NCBI GenBank assembly: GCA_023379935.1
Contig: JAMCPD010000020.1
Span: forward strand, 3,382-67,381
DNA from: Actinomycetota bacterium
Lineage (GTDB): Bacteria > Actinomycetota > Acidimicrobiia > Acidimicrobiales > JAMCPD01
DNA length: 64,000 nt
Reading direction: 5' to 3'
The notes under the pieces were generated by a model. It saw only the letters and a program-made list of their open reading frames with translations. It had not been told where the DNA came from and searched no databases. The position numbers and the translations under genes are program-made. Below, piece after piece: positions 39,398 through 48,749 of the stretch (its first letter is position 1; each line of letters begins with the position of its first letter).

Positions 39398-40252
39398 ATG
39401 ATAGCATTCCTTGACGGTAGATTGATCTCCAAGTTAACACTTGCCGATAATGTCTCCGAAGTTGTAGTCGATGTCGGTGGAATAGGTTATCAAGTATTTG
39501 TCGCTGATCAGACCTTTGCCAAATTACCGGCTTCAACGGACAGAGTGCAGTTATGGATACATACCTATGTCAGAGAAGAAACCTTTGCGCTTTATGGATT
39601 TCTTGATCCAATAGAGAGAAAGTTTTTCCAAATTTTATTGACGGCCCGCGGTGTCGGTCCTTCGCTTGGGCTTTCATTGTTGTCGCTGCATTCGCCACTT
39701 ACGATATGGGAGGCGGTAACGGTAGAAGATGTGGATTTGTTGTCCTTGGTGCCAGGCATTGGACCTAAGACTGCCGCCCGGTTGTGCTTGGAGTTGAAGA
39801 ATCGTTTGCCGGATCGCCATGTGTTGGAGAGTTGGTCGGTAGGTTTATCGGCTTTGGGCTATGAAGCAGATGAGGGGAAAACGAATAAGGACGCAACAGA
39901 CGAAGGTGCGCCAAGCACGGACAAGGCGGTTCTTGTTCCGAAGCCAGCCGGGGACAAGAATGAAAAGAGCGGATCAGTGATTCTTGGGGTGGACGGGCCG
40001 GGGAATGGTTCTGCACTGGTAGATCTAAAGGGCGCCTTAGAGGAGTTGGGATATACACCAAAGGAGATTCGGTTTGCACTCTCGGCTATTTATTCATCAC
40101 AACTGAATGCAAGTATGCTAAATGGTGGAAAACAAGGCAGTGATTCTATGGATAGCCGCCAAAGCAAAGCAAGCCTGCAAGAGTTGTTGCGTTTTGCACT
40201 AAGTGAATTGAGACAGAAAAACGGAAATATAGAAAGGAACAGATCATGGTGA
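39398..40252 (+). CDS. ruvA: Holliday junction branch migration protein RuvA
   Basis: MIAFLDG, DVGGIGY, VRE...LYGF, GVGP, VPGIGPKTA.R..LELK, AL..LGY; long inserted linker. Confidence 0.93.
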   Translation: MIAFLDGRLISKLTLADNVSEVVVDVGGIGYQVFVADQTFAKLPASTDRVQLWIHTYVREETFALYGFLDPIERKFFQILLTARGVGPSLGLSLLSLHSPLTIWEAVTVEDVDLLSLVPGIGPKTAARLCLELKNRLPDRHVLESWSVGLSALGYEADEGKTNKDATDEGAPSTDKAVLVPKPAGDKNEKSGSVILGVDGPGNGSALVDLKGALEELGYTPKEIRFALSAIYSSQLNASMLNGGKQGSDSMDSRQSKASLQELLRFALSELRQKNGNIERNRSW

Positions 40253-41280
40253 GCGAGTTCAATGACAGTGAGGTTTCGTTAGTACGTACTTTGGATCCCC
40301 ACTCCGACCTTGAAGAGTCTTATCAAGAAATAGCTTTAAGACCCAAATATCTGAGAGATTTTGTGGGACAAACTTCGCTAAAAGATCATCTTGATATCAT
40401 GTTAACGGCAGCCAAGCAGCGTGAGTTATCCCTTGACCACCTTTTGTTTGTCGGCCCTCCCGGTCTTGGTAAGACCTCCTTGGCTCACATCGTTGCCACT
40501 GAACTTGGCGTGGGGTTTCATGTTACTTCAGGCCCTGTTCTGGTGCGAGGTGGGGATTTGGTGTCCATACTTACCGGGCTACAACCAGGCGATGTCCTGT
40601 TTATAGATGAACTGCATCGTCTCAGTAGAGCAGTAGAGGAGATTTTATATCCTGCCATGGAGGACTTTCAAGTTGACCTTCTTATAGGCAAAGGCCCGAC
40701 AGCTCGCTCTATACGCTTGGATGTGCCTCCGTTCACTTTGATCGGCGCTACTACCCGTACGGGGCTTATAACGGGTCCTTTGAGAGATCGTTTCGGTTTC
40801 GTGTCCCGCCTTGATTATTACAGTATTGGCGAGTTAAAAGATATCATACTGCGCTCTGCGCAGATATTGAAGGTGTCCATTAAACCTGAAGCGGCCCTGG
40901 AAATTGCTACACGAAGTCGGGGAACTCCTAGGATAGCAAACCGGCTTCTTAGGAGGATAAGAGATTTTGCTGAAGTACGCGCTAACGGTTGCATAACCAC
41001 TCAAGTGGCCGAAACGGGGTTGGATCTTTTTGAAGTAGACAAACTTGGACTTGACAAGTTGGATCGTGCTATACTTGAAACTCTTATCCTGCGTTTTGAA
41101 GGACGTCCGGTAGGACTGACTACTTTGGCGCAGTCTGTAGGAGAAGAGATGGATACTCTTCAGTATGTTTATGAACCTTTTCTACTCCAACAAGGGCTGT
41201 TGATAAGAACTGGAAAGGGAAGAGTTGCTACCTCGGCTGCTTTTAGGCACTTGGGCGTAGACTATGATCTTGATAAGTAG
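40246..41280 (+). CDS. ruvB: Holliday junction branch migration helicase RuvB
   Basis: LRP....FVGQ, GPPGLGKT, FIDE.HRL, GATTR.G, RGTPRIANRLLRR. Confidence 0.98.
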   Translation: MVSEFNDSEVSLVRTLDPHSDLEESYQEIALRPKYLRDFVGQTSLKDHLDIMLTAAKQRELSLDHLLFVGPPGLGKTSLAHIVATELGVGFHVTSGPVLVRGGDLVSILTGLQPGDVLFIDELHRLSRAVEEILYPAMEDFQVDLLIGKGPTARSIRLDVPPFTLIGATTRTGLITGPLRDRFGFVSRLDYYSIGELKDIILRSAQILKVSIKPEAALEIATRSRGTPRIANRLLRRIRDFAEVRANGCITTQVAETGLDLFEVDKLGLDKLDRAILETLILRFEGRPVGLTTLAQSVGEEMDTLQYVYEPFLLQQGLLIRTGKGRVATSAAFRHLGVDYDLDK

Positions 41281-41390
41281 TTAAATAAATAGTTAAACGG
41301 TGACAGTTAGTTAATGGTGAGTTAATCGAATGATTAGTCAGATGATGAAAAATTTTTCAAAATATCTGGTAGTCTTCATTGAGGTGATTT

Positions 41391-41858
41391 ATGTTTGAAG
41401 CTTTATTCTTTATTGCAGCGGCTAGTAAAGGGTCGTCAACTGCGTCTTCAGGGAGTGCTGTTGGCAGTATACTGTTTTTTGTCCTCATCTTTGCCGTTGG
41501 CTACCTGCTGTTTATCCGCCCCCAACAGCAAAAGGTAAAGCGGCAACGCTCCTTGGCGCAAGCTGTTGATGTAGGCGATAAAGTTGTGACATCAGGAGGG
41601 ATAATTGGGGAGATTGAGCGGTTTGAAGACGACATCGCTATCCTAGAAATAGCACCCAATATCTCCATAGAGGTTGCCCGCGCTTACATAGTACAGAAAC
41701 TGCTTCCCCCTGCGGCGGATTGGAATGAGGATGATTTACCGGATACGGATGAATCATTCGACGATGAGGTGGATGATATGACAGATGAACAAAAGGACGC
41801 AGATCCACAAGAAGACAGCGCTAGATCAAGCGGAGAAGATGAAGATCAGAATGGATAA
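41391..41858 (+). CDS. yajC: Preprotein translocase subunit YajC
   Basis: TM helix, then IRPQQ.K and GD.VVT.GGI.G; acidic tail; upstream of secD. Confidence 0.9.
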   Translation: MFEALFFIAAASKGSSTASSGSAVGSILFFVLIFAVGYLLFIRPQQQKVKRQRSLAQAVDVGDKVVTSGGIIGEIERFEDDIAILEIAPNISIEVARAYIVQKLLPPAADWNEDDLPDTDESFDDEVDDMTDEQKDADPQEDSARSSGEDEDQNG

Positions 41859-41898
41859 GTCTAATAGCAAGTATACGGTTAGTGGAGGAAACGGTTAG

Positions 41899-43398
41899 TT
41901 GAAAAAGGGACCTCTTATTATATCGACGGCTATTGTAATAGCTGTCTCCTTTGGGTTTTTACTCTCTGCCGTGCTTGCCAACTGGTCACCCCTTTTGGGC
42001 CTTGACCTTCAGGGCGGACTTTCAGTGGTCTATCGTCCATCGCATAAGGTTACCTCCAGTACGCTTACTGAGGTGATAAATATTATGAACAACCGTGTGA
42101 ATGGTTTGGGAATATCCCAACCAAACATCACAACCCAGTCAGGTGACGTACTTGTACAGTTACCCGGCATCAAAGACCCCCAAAAAGCACTTTCTGTTAT
42201 CGGTGAAACTGCTCAAATGCTATTTCGCCCCGTACTATGCCTGGCTCCTCCATATACGCCGCCTGTTGCCAAGAAAAACACTACGACTACTACAATCCCT
42301 CCTACGGCGCCACTACCGTCTTGTGGAACTTACACAGAGACCTCATCCAATACGATCAACAATACGGCAGGCATTGATCCTGCATTTGCCACATATCCCT
42401 CTACTCCCCGTTCAGCTGATGTTGCCTCCAAAACCGTACTTTTGCCTGCTTCCTCCTCCTCGGGGGTAACCGGATTGCGATATGTTTTAGGTCCCGCTCC
42501 CTTGACGGGTAAGGCTATAACGACTGCCAGTGCAGCCATCAATCCCACAACCGGCCAATGGTTTGTAAATTTCAACCTTACCGGCTCTGGGACCGGACAA
42601 TGGAATAGCCTTGCACAGCAGAACTTTCATAAGGAAGTTGCAATGGATTTGGATGCCCAAGTTGTATCTGCTCCCATTATTGACAAAACCAATTCCACGT
42701 TTACACCGTTCAATGGCAGTGGTCAAATAACGGGTACGTTTACCTCTGCTCAAGCTAAATCGCTGGCTTTAGCGCTGCGTTATGGTGCTTTGCCGGTTCG
42801 CCTGGTTAAGTTAACAGTCCAGACGGTTTCTGCCACTCTTGGTAAGTCTTCACTGAGAGCCGGGTTGGCAGCAGGCTTGCTTGGACTGCTTCTTGTTATG
42901 CTTTATGTGGTACTGTATTATAGGGCATTGGGTTTGGTGGTGGTTTTTGGGCTTGTAACAACTGCGGCACTGCTATGGGGAGTTATATCTACCTTAAGTC
43001 ATACATATGGGCTTACACTGGATCTTTCGGGAGTTACCGGGATTATAGTATCTATTGGTATTACGGTTGATTCCTATATAGTCTACTTTGAACGCCTCAA
43101 AGATGAAGTTCGCGCTGGACGTTCTATCCGTTCTTCGGTCGATAAGGGTTTCACGCGAGCATTCCGTACAATAGTTGCGGCAGACTTGGTGTCATTAATC
43201 GGTGCAATACTACTCTATTTCTTGGCAATAGGGGCGGTAAAAGGATTCGCTTTTTTCTTGGGACTTGCAACAGTAATAGATGTGTTCACTGCTTATTTTT
43301 TCACCAGACCAATAGTTATTTTGGTGGGAAGAACCGAACTGTTTACCAATGCTCGCTGGTTAGGAGTGGCCAGGGGGCTGGCTGCGGAGAGAGCCTAG
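41899..43398 (+). CDS. secD: Protein translocase subunit SecD
   Basis: LGLDLQGG, RVNGLG, L.YGALP, IG.TVDS.IVYFER. Confidence 0.96.
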   Translation: MKKGPLIISTAIVIAVSFGFLLSAVLANWSPLLGLDLQGGLSVVYRPSHKVTSSTLTEVINIMNNRVNGLGISQPNITTQSGDVLVQLPGIKDPQKALSVIGETAQMLFRPVLCLAPPYTPPVAKKNTTTTTIPPTAPLPSCGTYTETSSNTINNTAGIDPAFATYPSTPRSADVASKTVLLPASSSSGVTGLRYVLGPAPLTGKAITTASAAINPTTGQWFVNFNLTGSGTGQWNSLAQQNFHKEVAMDLDAQVVSAPIIDKTNSTFTPFNGSGQITGTFTSAQAKSLALALRYGALPVRLVKLTVQTVSATLGKSSLRAGLAAGLLGLLLVMLYVVLYYRALGLVVVFGLVTTAALLWGVISTLSHTYGLTLDLSGVTGIIVSIGITVDSYIVYFERLKDEVRAGRSIRSSVDKGFTRAFRTIVAADLVSLIGAILLYFLAIGAVKGFAFFLGLATVIDVFTAYFFTRPIVILVGRTELFTNARWLGVARGLAAERA

Positions 43399-43438
43399 AT
43401 ATGCTGGGTGTAGAACAAGTGTCGGAGGAAGTTTAATC

Positions 43439-44944
43439 GTGGATTCAACTATGGTGGAAGAGAAAAACAGTACGGATTCAACTCAGCACCGTTCTATGGC
43501 ATCGTTGTTGAAATCCTCGCTGGCTCCGTGGGTTAGGTTGTATAGGGGTGGGACATCCTTCGATTTTGTCGGCAAGCGCAAACGATGGTTTGTCTTTTCA
43601 AGTGTTGTTATCATGGCCGGTCTTGTTTCTTTAGGAGTCAAGGGGCTCAATTTCGGGATTGACTTTAGTGGCGGAACTTCTTGGCAGGTATCGGCACCGG
43701 GTGTCAGTGTAGCTAAAGCTCGCAGTGTACTTACTCCCATCGGACTCGGAGGATCCCAGATTGTAATACTTGGCGGGCGTACTTTAAGTGTAGAAACGAA
43801 CTTGAACAGCTTATCAAGCACAAAGAGGTCTCAACTGGAGAGCGAGGCTACTACCGCATTGGCTGCCCTCGCTCACGTGCCTTCCTCTGAGGTCAGTATT
43901 ACCGATATCGGACCTACTTGGGGGGGGCTGATTACTCAAAAGGCGCTGATAGCTTTAATCGCCTTCTTTTTAGGGATAACTCTTTATATAACACTGCGTT
44001 TTGAGTGGAAGATGGCAATGGCGGCTTTAATAGCTGTGGTTCACGATATTTTAGTTGCTGTTGGCATCTATTCAATATCCGGTTTTCAAGTTACACCTGA
44101 CACAGTTGTAGCCTTTTTGACCATTTTGGGGTACTCACTTTATGACACTATTGTCGTGTTTGACAGAGTAGAAGAAAATGCCAAAGGACTGGGGGCAACA
44201 GGAAAGTTCACTTATTCTGATACTGTAAATCTATCGATGAACCAGGTATTGGCCCGATCAATCAACACTTCACTGGCTGCAATTTTGCCGATAATGTCAG
44301 TGTTAGTACTTGGTGCGTATATTTTGGGAGCTATTACGTTGCAGTATTTTGGTCTTGCATTGTTGATCGGACTGCTTTCGGGTGCGTATTCATCAATCTT
44401 TATAGCCTCTCCTCTCTTGGCAGTTTTCAAGGAACATGAGCCTCGCTATGCCACCATAAGACAACGTCTGAGCGCCAAAGGTGAGCTTACCGGTATTTTA
44501 ACTCCAAAGTCGGCAGCTTTGGCAACAGGCGGAGTTTCCGGTTCTCTAGGTATTGGCGGGGTCGCAGGAGGCGGCGGTTCTCGCGGTGGATTGTCGCGCA
44601 GTGGGGGAGCTGGTGTACTTAGACCACAAGCTAGAACCAAGATCGGTGTTGCCAAGACCAGCACTACCGCCAGAACTGGTACCGCCAGAACTGGTACCGC
44701 CGGAACTGGTACCGCCAGAACTGGCGTACGAAATACACAAGGTACACAGAAAACGGAGGTGCAACCGGGGACTCAAACGATATCCCCCTCGGGAAACTCC
44801 CAGCCGGAGAACTCCCCCTCGGGACAGTCTCTTGGGGGCATTAGCGCCAGTAGGGCAGCCAGTAGGCCTAATCGATCTGGAGGCAGTTCAAAGGCAAAAG
44901 CCCGTAGTAAGTCAACGCGTAAAAAGAGCAAAAAACACCGCTAA
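43439..44944 (+). CDS. secF: Protein translocase subunit SecF with a low-complexity basic tail
   Basis: GIDFSGG, HD, LTILGYSLYDT.VVFDR, RSINTS, GAYSSIFIA. Confidence 0.96.
   Translation: MDSTMVEEKNSTDSTQHRSMASLLKSSLAPWVRLYRGGTSFDFVGKRKRWFVFSSVVIMAGLVSLGVKGLNFGIDFSGGTSWQVSAPGVSVAKARSVLTPIGLGGSQIVILGGRTLSVETNLNSLSSTKRSQLESEATTALAALAHVPSSEVSITDIGPTWGGLITQKALIALIAFFLGITLYITLRFEWKMAMAALIAVVHDILVAVGIYSISGFQVTPDTVVAFLTILGYSLYDTIVVFDRVEENAKGLGATGKFTYSDTVNLSMNQVLARSINTSLAAILPIMSVLVLGAYILGAITLQYFGLALLIGLLSGAYSSIFIASPLLAVFKEHEPRYATIRQRLSAKGELTGILTPKSAALATGGVSGSLGIGGVAGGGGSRGGLSRSGGAGVLRPQARTKIGVAKTSTTARTGTARTGTAGTGTARTGVRNTQGTQKTEVQPGTQTISPSGNSQPENSPSGQSLGGISASRAASRPNRSGGSSKAKARSKSTRKKSKKHR
44666..44725 (+). 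repeat. 15-bp tandem repeat x4 encoding (TARTG)n in the secF tail
   Basis: ACCGCCAGAACTGGT x4 with two substitutions. Confidence 0.95.
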
Positions 44945-45026
44945 GAAGTTTGTCGCTGCCAAGATCTTTGTTCAAATAAGCTGAGGTTAATCCTAAACTC
45001 GTTCTAGTCGTTTCTATGCTGATATG

Positions 45027-45035
45027 TGCTATAAT
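45027..45035 (+). promoter_or_regulatory. Extended -10 promoter upstream of rel
   Basis: TG-c-TATAAT, a consensus match in the secF-rel intergenic region. Confidence 0.55.
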
Positions 45036-45064
45036 GAAAAAAGGTGAAGTATGCAAGTATTTAA

Positions 45065-45103
45065 ATTGCACTGTGACATTGGACTGTAACATTGCACTGT
45101 GAC
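45065..45103 (+). repeat. 13-bp tandem repeat x3 in the rel leader
   Basis: ATTGCACTGTGAC / ATTGGACTGTAAC / ATTGCACTGTGAC. Confidence 0.9.
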
Positions 45104-45195
45104 AAGAGTTTTTCTGGGTGCATTTCGATGTATAGCTGTGAACGGTTACCCGGGTTCTCGGATATGACTAAAGCGGGTTCTCTCGTCCAAAGGCC

Positions 45196-47601
45196 ATGAC
45201 CCAAGTTCAACTTTCGAAACCATTGAAACCCCCCCCGGGGGCTGTTTCGCCGGATGATAAGCTGGTTGATGAACTGCTTGATAAGGTCGTCTCGACTTTT
45301 CTCCTCCATTATCCAAGCGGTGATGTTTCTTTGATAGTCGGGGCAACCCGCTTGGCAGCCAAAGCCCACAGCGGGCAGTTTCGGAGATCGGGTGACCCTT
45401 ACATAACCCATCCCGCTGAGGTCGCATTTATCGTAGCCGACTTGGGTTTAGATGCTGTTTCTGTAGCCAGTGCGATGTTACATGATGTTTTAGAAGACAC
45501 AAACCTTGCCAAGTCTGAGTTGTTGAAGCAACTGCCTGCCAATGCCGCTCCGGCTATAGTTGCAATAGTTGAGGGAGTCACCAAGCTGGATGCTTTACAC
45601 TTTGATTCTCAAGAGCTACGCCAAGCTGCAACTATGCGCAAGATGTTGGTTGCTATGGCAAAAGATTGGCGGGTATTGATAATAAAACTTGCAGATCGTC
45701 TTCATAATATGCAAACCTTGTCGGCTATGCCTGTTGAAACACAGAGGCGTATCGCAAGGGAAACAATGGATATATATGCCCCCTTGGCGCATCGTCTCGG
45801 TATGAGCCAGGTCAAATGGCAACTGGAAGACTTAGCTTTTGCCACTCTTCAACCCAAACGCTATGAAGAGATAGCCAAGATGATTTCAACCAGAGTTTCA
45901 ACCGAAGTTGTAACCGGAGCCACCACCGCGGACTCCTCCCCGCTTTGCGACCACCTTACGCCTCCAACTCATCAGCTCGAACGTCAGGAGCAGTTGACGC
46001 AGATAATTGATCAAGTTAAGCAACGGCTTGATCTTGCCGGTATCAGTGCTGAAGTAACGGGAAGACCGAAACACCTTTGGAGTATATACGAGAAGATGGT
46101 GTTAGCGGCAAAAGAGTTTGATGAAATATATGATTTGCTTGGTATAAGGGTTATTGTGGAAAGTGAGAAAGGCTGTTGGGAAGTTCTCGGGATTATTCAC
46201 GGAATGTGGCAGCCGGTTCAAGGTCGTTTCAAGGACTACATAAGCAGCCCAAAATTCAATCTGTATCAGTCGTTACACACTACTGTTATGGTTGGGTCAA
46301 AGCCATTGGAGGTGCAAATACGTACTCAACAAATGCACAAAATAGCTGAATACGGCATAGCGGCACATTGGGGTTACAAAGAGAGTGGGCAAACCCCCTT
46401 ACCCCAAGAGGTTGCCTGGGTGTCGCGTATGTTGCAATGGCAAAATGATACCGAAGGGCCACTGGAGTTTCTGGAGACTTTGAAGTCTGACCTACAGACT
46501 GATGAAATATACGTCTTTACCCCAAAAGGCAAAGTTATTACCCTCCCAACCGGAGCTACTCCCATAGATTTTGCTTATGCAGTTCATACAGAAATTGGAC
46601 ATCACTGCATAGGTGCTAAACTCAACGGACGCTTGGTTCCGCTGCAAACTCCGCTTTCTTCCGCTGATACTTTGGAGATAATCACCACTAAGTCTGTAGT
46701 GGCCGGACCTTCTGCAGATTGGATACATTTCGTGGCAACCCCCAAAGCTCGCAGTAAAATACGCCAGTGGTTTAATGTTCGTCATAAAAAAGACGTGAAA
46801 GATCTCGGCAGAGAAGAACTGATAAGAGAACTGCACAGGCAGGGAATCCCGCTTTCAAAACAAACGGCCACCGAAGAGCTGACCAAGCTGGCTGAATTGT
46901 TGAAGTATGAAACGTTGGACGGGATGTATGTCGATGTAGCGGATGGGCATATTACGCCTCGTGTTATCGTGGATCGCTTGGCAAAACTACTGCGCGAAGG
47001 CAAGTCAAACTCTGAAGAGCAACTACCGGCGGTTGTGCAGCCTTTTGGACGTGCCGGTATGGCACGCGGCACTTTTGGTGGCACGGCAAAGAGACAGTCA
47101 AGAAAAACTTCTGATATTGGTATATGGGTAGAGGGGCTTGATGATGTTATGGTGCGTCTTGCACGTTGTTGTGCGCCGGTGGCGGGGGATGAGATAGTAG
47201 GTTTTGTTACCAAAGGACGTGGGATATCGGTACATCGTTCGGACTGTGCTAATGGGATATGGCTTGGGGCGAAGTCCAACCAACAACTAATAGAGGTTGA
47301 GTGGAACAGAGAAGCTAAAGGGGTATTTCCGGTTCAAATAGAGGTTGTTGCTTTTGATCGTTCACATTTGTTGGCTGATGTTACAACATCTCTATCCGAC
47401 CACCACCTAAACATTATTTCAAGTCATACCTCTACCAATACCAATCGTATTACCAAGATGCGTTTTGAATTTGAACTGGCTGACTTGGATCATTTAGGGG
47501 CATTGATTTCATCATTGCAACATATAGACAGTGTTTTCGACGTTTATAGGATAATGCCAAGAAGCTTACCCAAGGTAGTTACCCCCAAAGCTATTACTTG
47601 A
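45196..47601 (+). CDS. relA: Bifunctional (p)ppGpp synthetase/hydrolase Rel
   Basis: R.SGDPYI.HP, intact HD motif LHDVLED, ADRLHNM, RPKH, YQSLHT, EVQIRT, TGS (FTPKG), CC.P..GD, C-terminal ACT. Confidence 0.97.
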   Translation: MTQVQLSKPLKPPPGAVSPDDKLVDELLDKVVSTFLLHYPSGDVSLIVGATRLAAKAHSGQFRRSGDPYITHPAEVAFIVADLGLDAVSVASAMLHDVLEDTNLAKSELLKQLPANAAPAIVAIVEGVTKLDALHFDSQELRQAATMRKMLVAMAKDWRVLIIKLADRLHNMQTLSAMPVETQRRIARETMDIYAPLAHRLGMSQVKWQLEDLAFATLQPKRYEEIAKMISTRVSTEVVTGATTADSSPLCDHLTPPTHQLERQEQLTQIIDQVKQRLDLAGISAEVTGRPKHLWSIYEKMVLAAKEFDEIYDLLGIRVIVESEKGCWEVLGIIHGMWQPVQGRFKDYISSPKFNLYQSLHTTVMVGSKPLEVQIRTQQMHKIAEYGIAAHWGYKESGQTPLPQEVAWVSRMLQWQNDTEGPLEFLETLKSDLQTDEIYVFTPKGKVITLPTGATPIDFAYAVHTEIGHHCIGAKLNGRLVPLQTPLSSADTLEIITTKSVVAGPSADWIHFVATPKARSKIRQWFNVRHKKDVKDLGREELIRELHRQGIPLSKQTATEELTKLAELLKYETLDGMYVDVADGHITPRVIVDRLAKLLREGKSNSEEQLPAVVQPFGRAGMARGTFGGTAKRQSRKTSDIGIWVEGLDDVMVRLARCCAPVAGDEIVGFVTKGRGISVHRSDCANGIWLGAKSNQQLIEVEWNREAKGVFPVQIEVVAFDRSHLLADVTTSLSDHHLNIISSHTSTNTNRITKMRFEFELADLDHLGALISSLQHIDSVFDVYRIMPRSLPKVVTPKAIT

Positions 47602-47666
47602 GATAAACCTCGTCCGCCCCTAAAGAGTATGCCGGCTTTTTGGGTATATCATCCATTTCTTTACCT

Positions 47667-48749
47667 TTAGACATACCAACCGGTTACATCCACAACCAGG
47701 TTTGCAGAACCTTGATACAGTCCGATACTTATATCGCCTGAAGCAGAAAGTGCAACTGTAACAGAGTTTGCTATTACCTCACCTGCTACAAAGTTCAGGT
47801 TTGATACGGTTGGTTGAGATAAACCTTTAGGCCAAACAGTTATATATCCTGATGCAGTTGGATCTATAGCCGTTACGTTGACTACTACAGCTTTGGCATT
47901 AGAAGGTATTGGTCCTATACCGGCTAAGCTAAGCGTAAGTGGGGTAGAAGAGACAAGGGGAGATCCCGAACAAGGAGTCGCATAACCTACCATTGTTGCA
48001 TCTCTTGTATCGCATGCTCTATATGGAGCTGTTCCTACAAAACTTACTCCGGTTGTCGAAGCAGAAAAGTACCCTGTTACATCAACGGTTACATCTGTGT
48101 TTCCGTAGAAGTTGTAGATAGATATTTCACCCGGAGATGAACCTGTAGATAAAGGCACTACAACAGCGTTTGGAACGGTTTCACCACTTGTAAAGTTTAG
48201 ATTTGATGCGGTTGGTTGAGATAAACCTTCAGGCCAAACAGTCAGATAACCCGATGTAGTTGGATCTATTGCCGTTACGTTCAGTACTACAGCGCTAGCA
48301 GTTGTAGGAACAGGGGTTTGTCCTGAAGGTAGATATGGACTGTTATACCCTGAAACTTCTACATTTAGGGTCTGTTTTGCTCCAATTGGAGATGCACCGT
48401 TTATATTGCACTGGTTTTGTAAGATTGAACTGGTTTTGGGTACTCTTGTGTCACATATTCTATAAGGGGTAATTGGGGAAAAGGTAGCTCCACCAGAGGG
48501 TGGTCCATAGTATCCTTCAACATCAACCACAACATCTGATGAGGCATAAGAGTATATAGAGATACAGCCCGTACACGAAGTTGTTGTACCAAGTGCAACC
48601 TCACTCAGATTGGGAACGGTTTCACCAGATGTGTAGTTGAGTGAAGAAGCGGTAGGTTTAACTTCTCCCGCAGGCCAAACAGTCAGATAACCCGATGCAG
48701 TTGGATCTATAGCCGTTATATTCAGTACTACAGCGCTAGCAGTTGTTGG
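47667..48749 (-). repeat. Copy A of a 1083-bp direct repeat (C-terminal module)
   Basis: Aligns without gaps to 61839-62921 (offset 14172); about 33 mismatches by manual count. Confidence 0.97.

Noticed and set aside
45065-45103. 13-bp repeats as a mini-CRISPR or iterons
   Set aside because: They are directly tandem with no spacers, and no rep gene is nearby.
47607-47625. ACCTCGTCCG after rel matches the reverse complement of part of the IscB end hairpin
   Set aside because: Only 10 bp, with no hairpin or second end.
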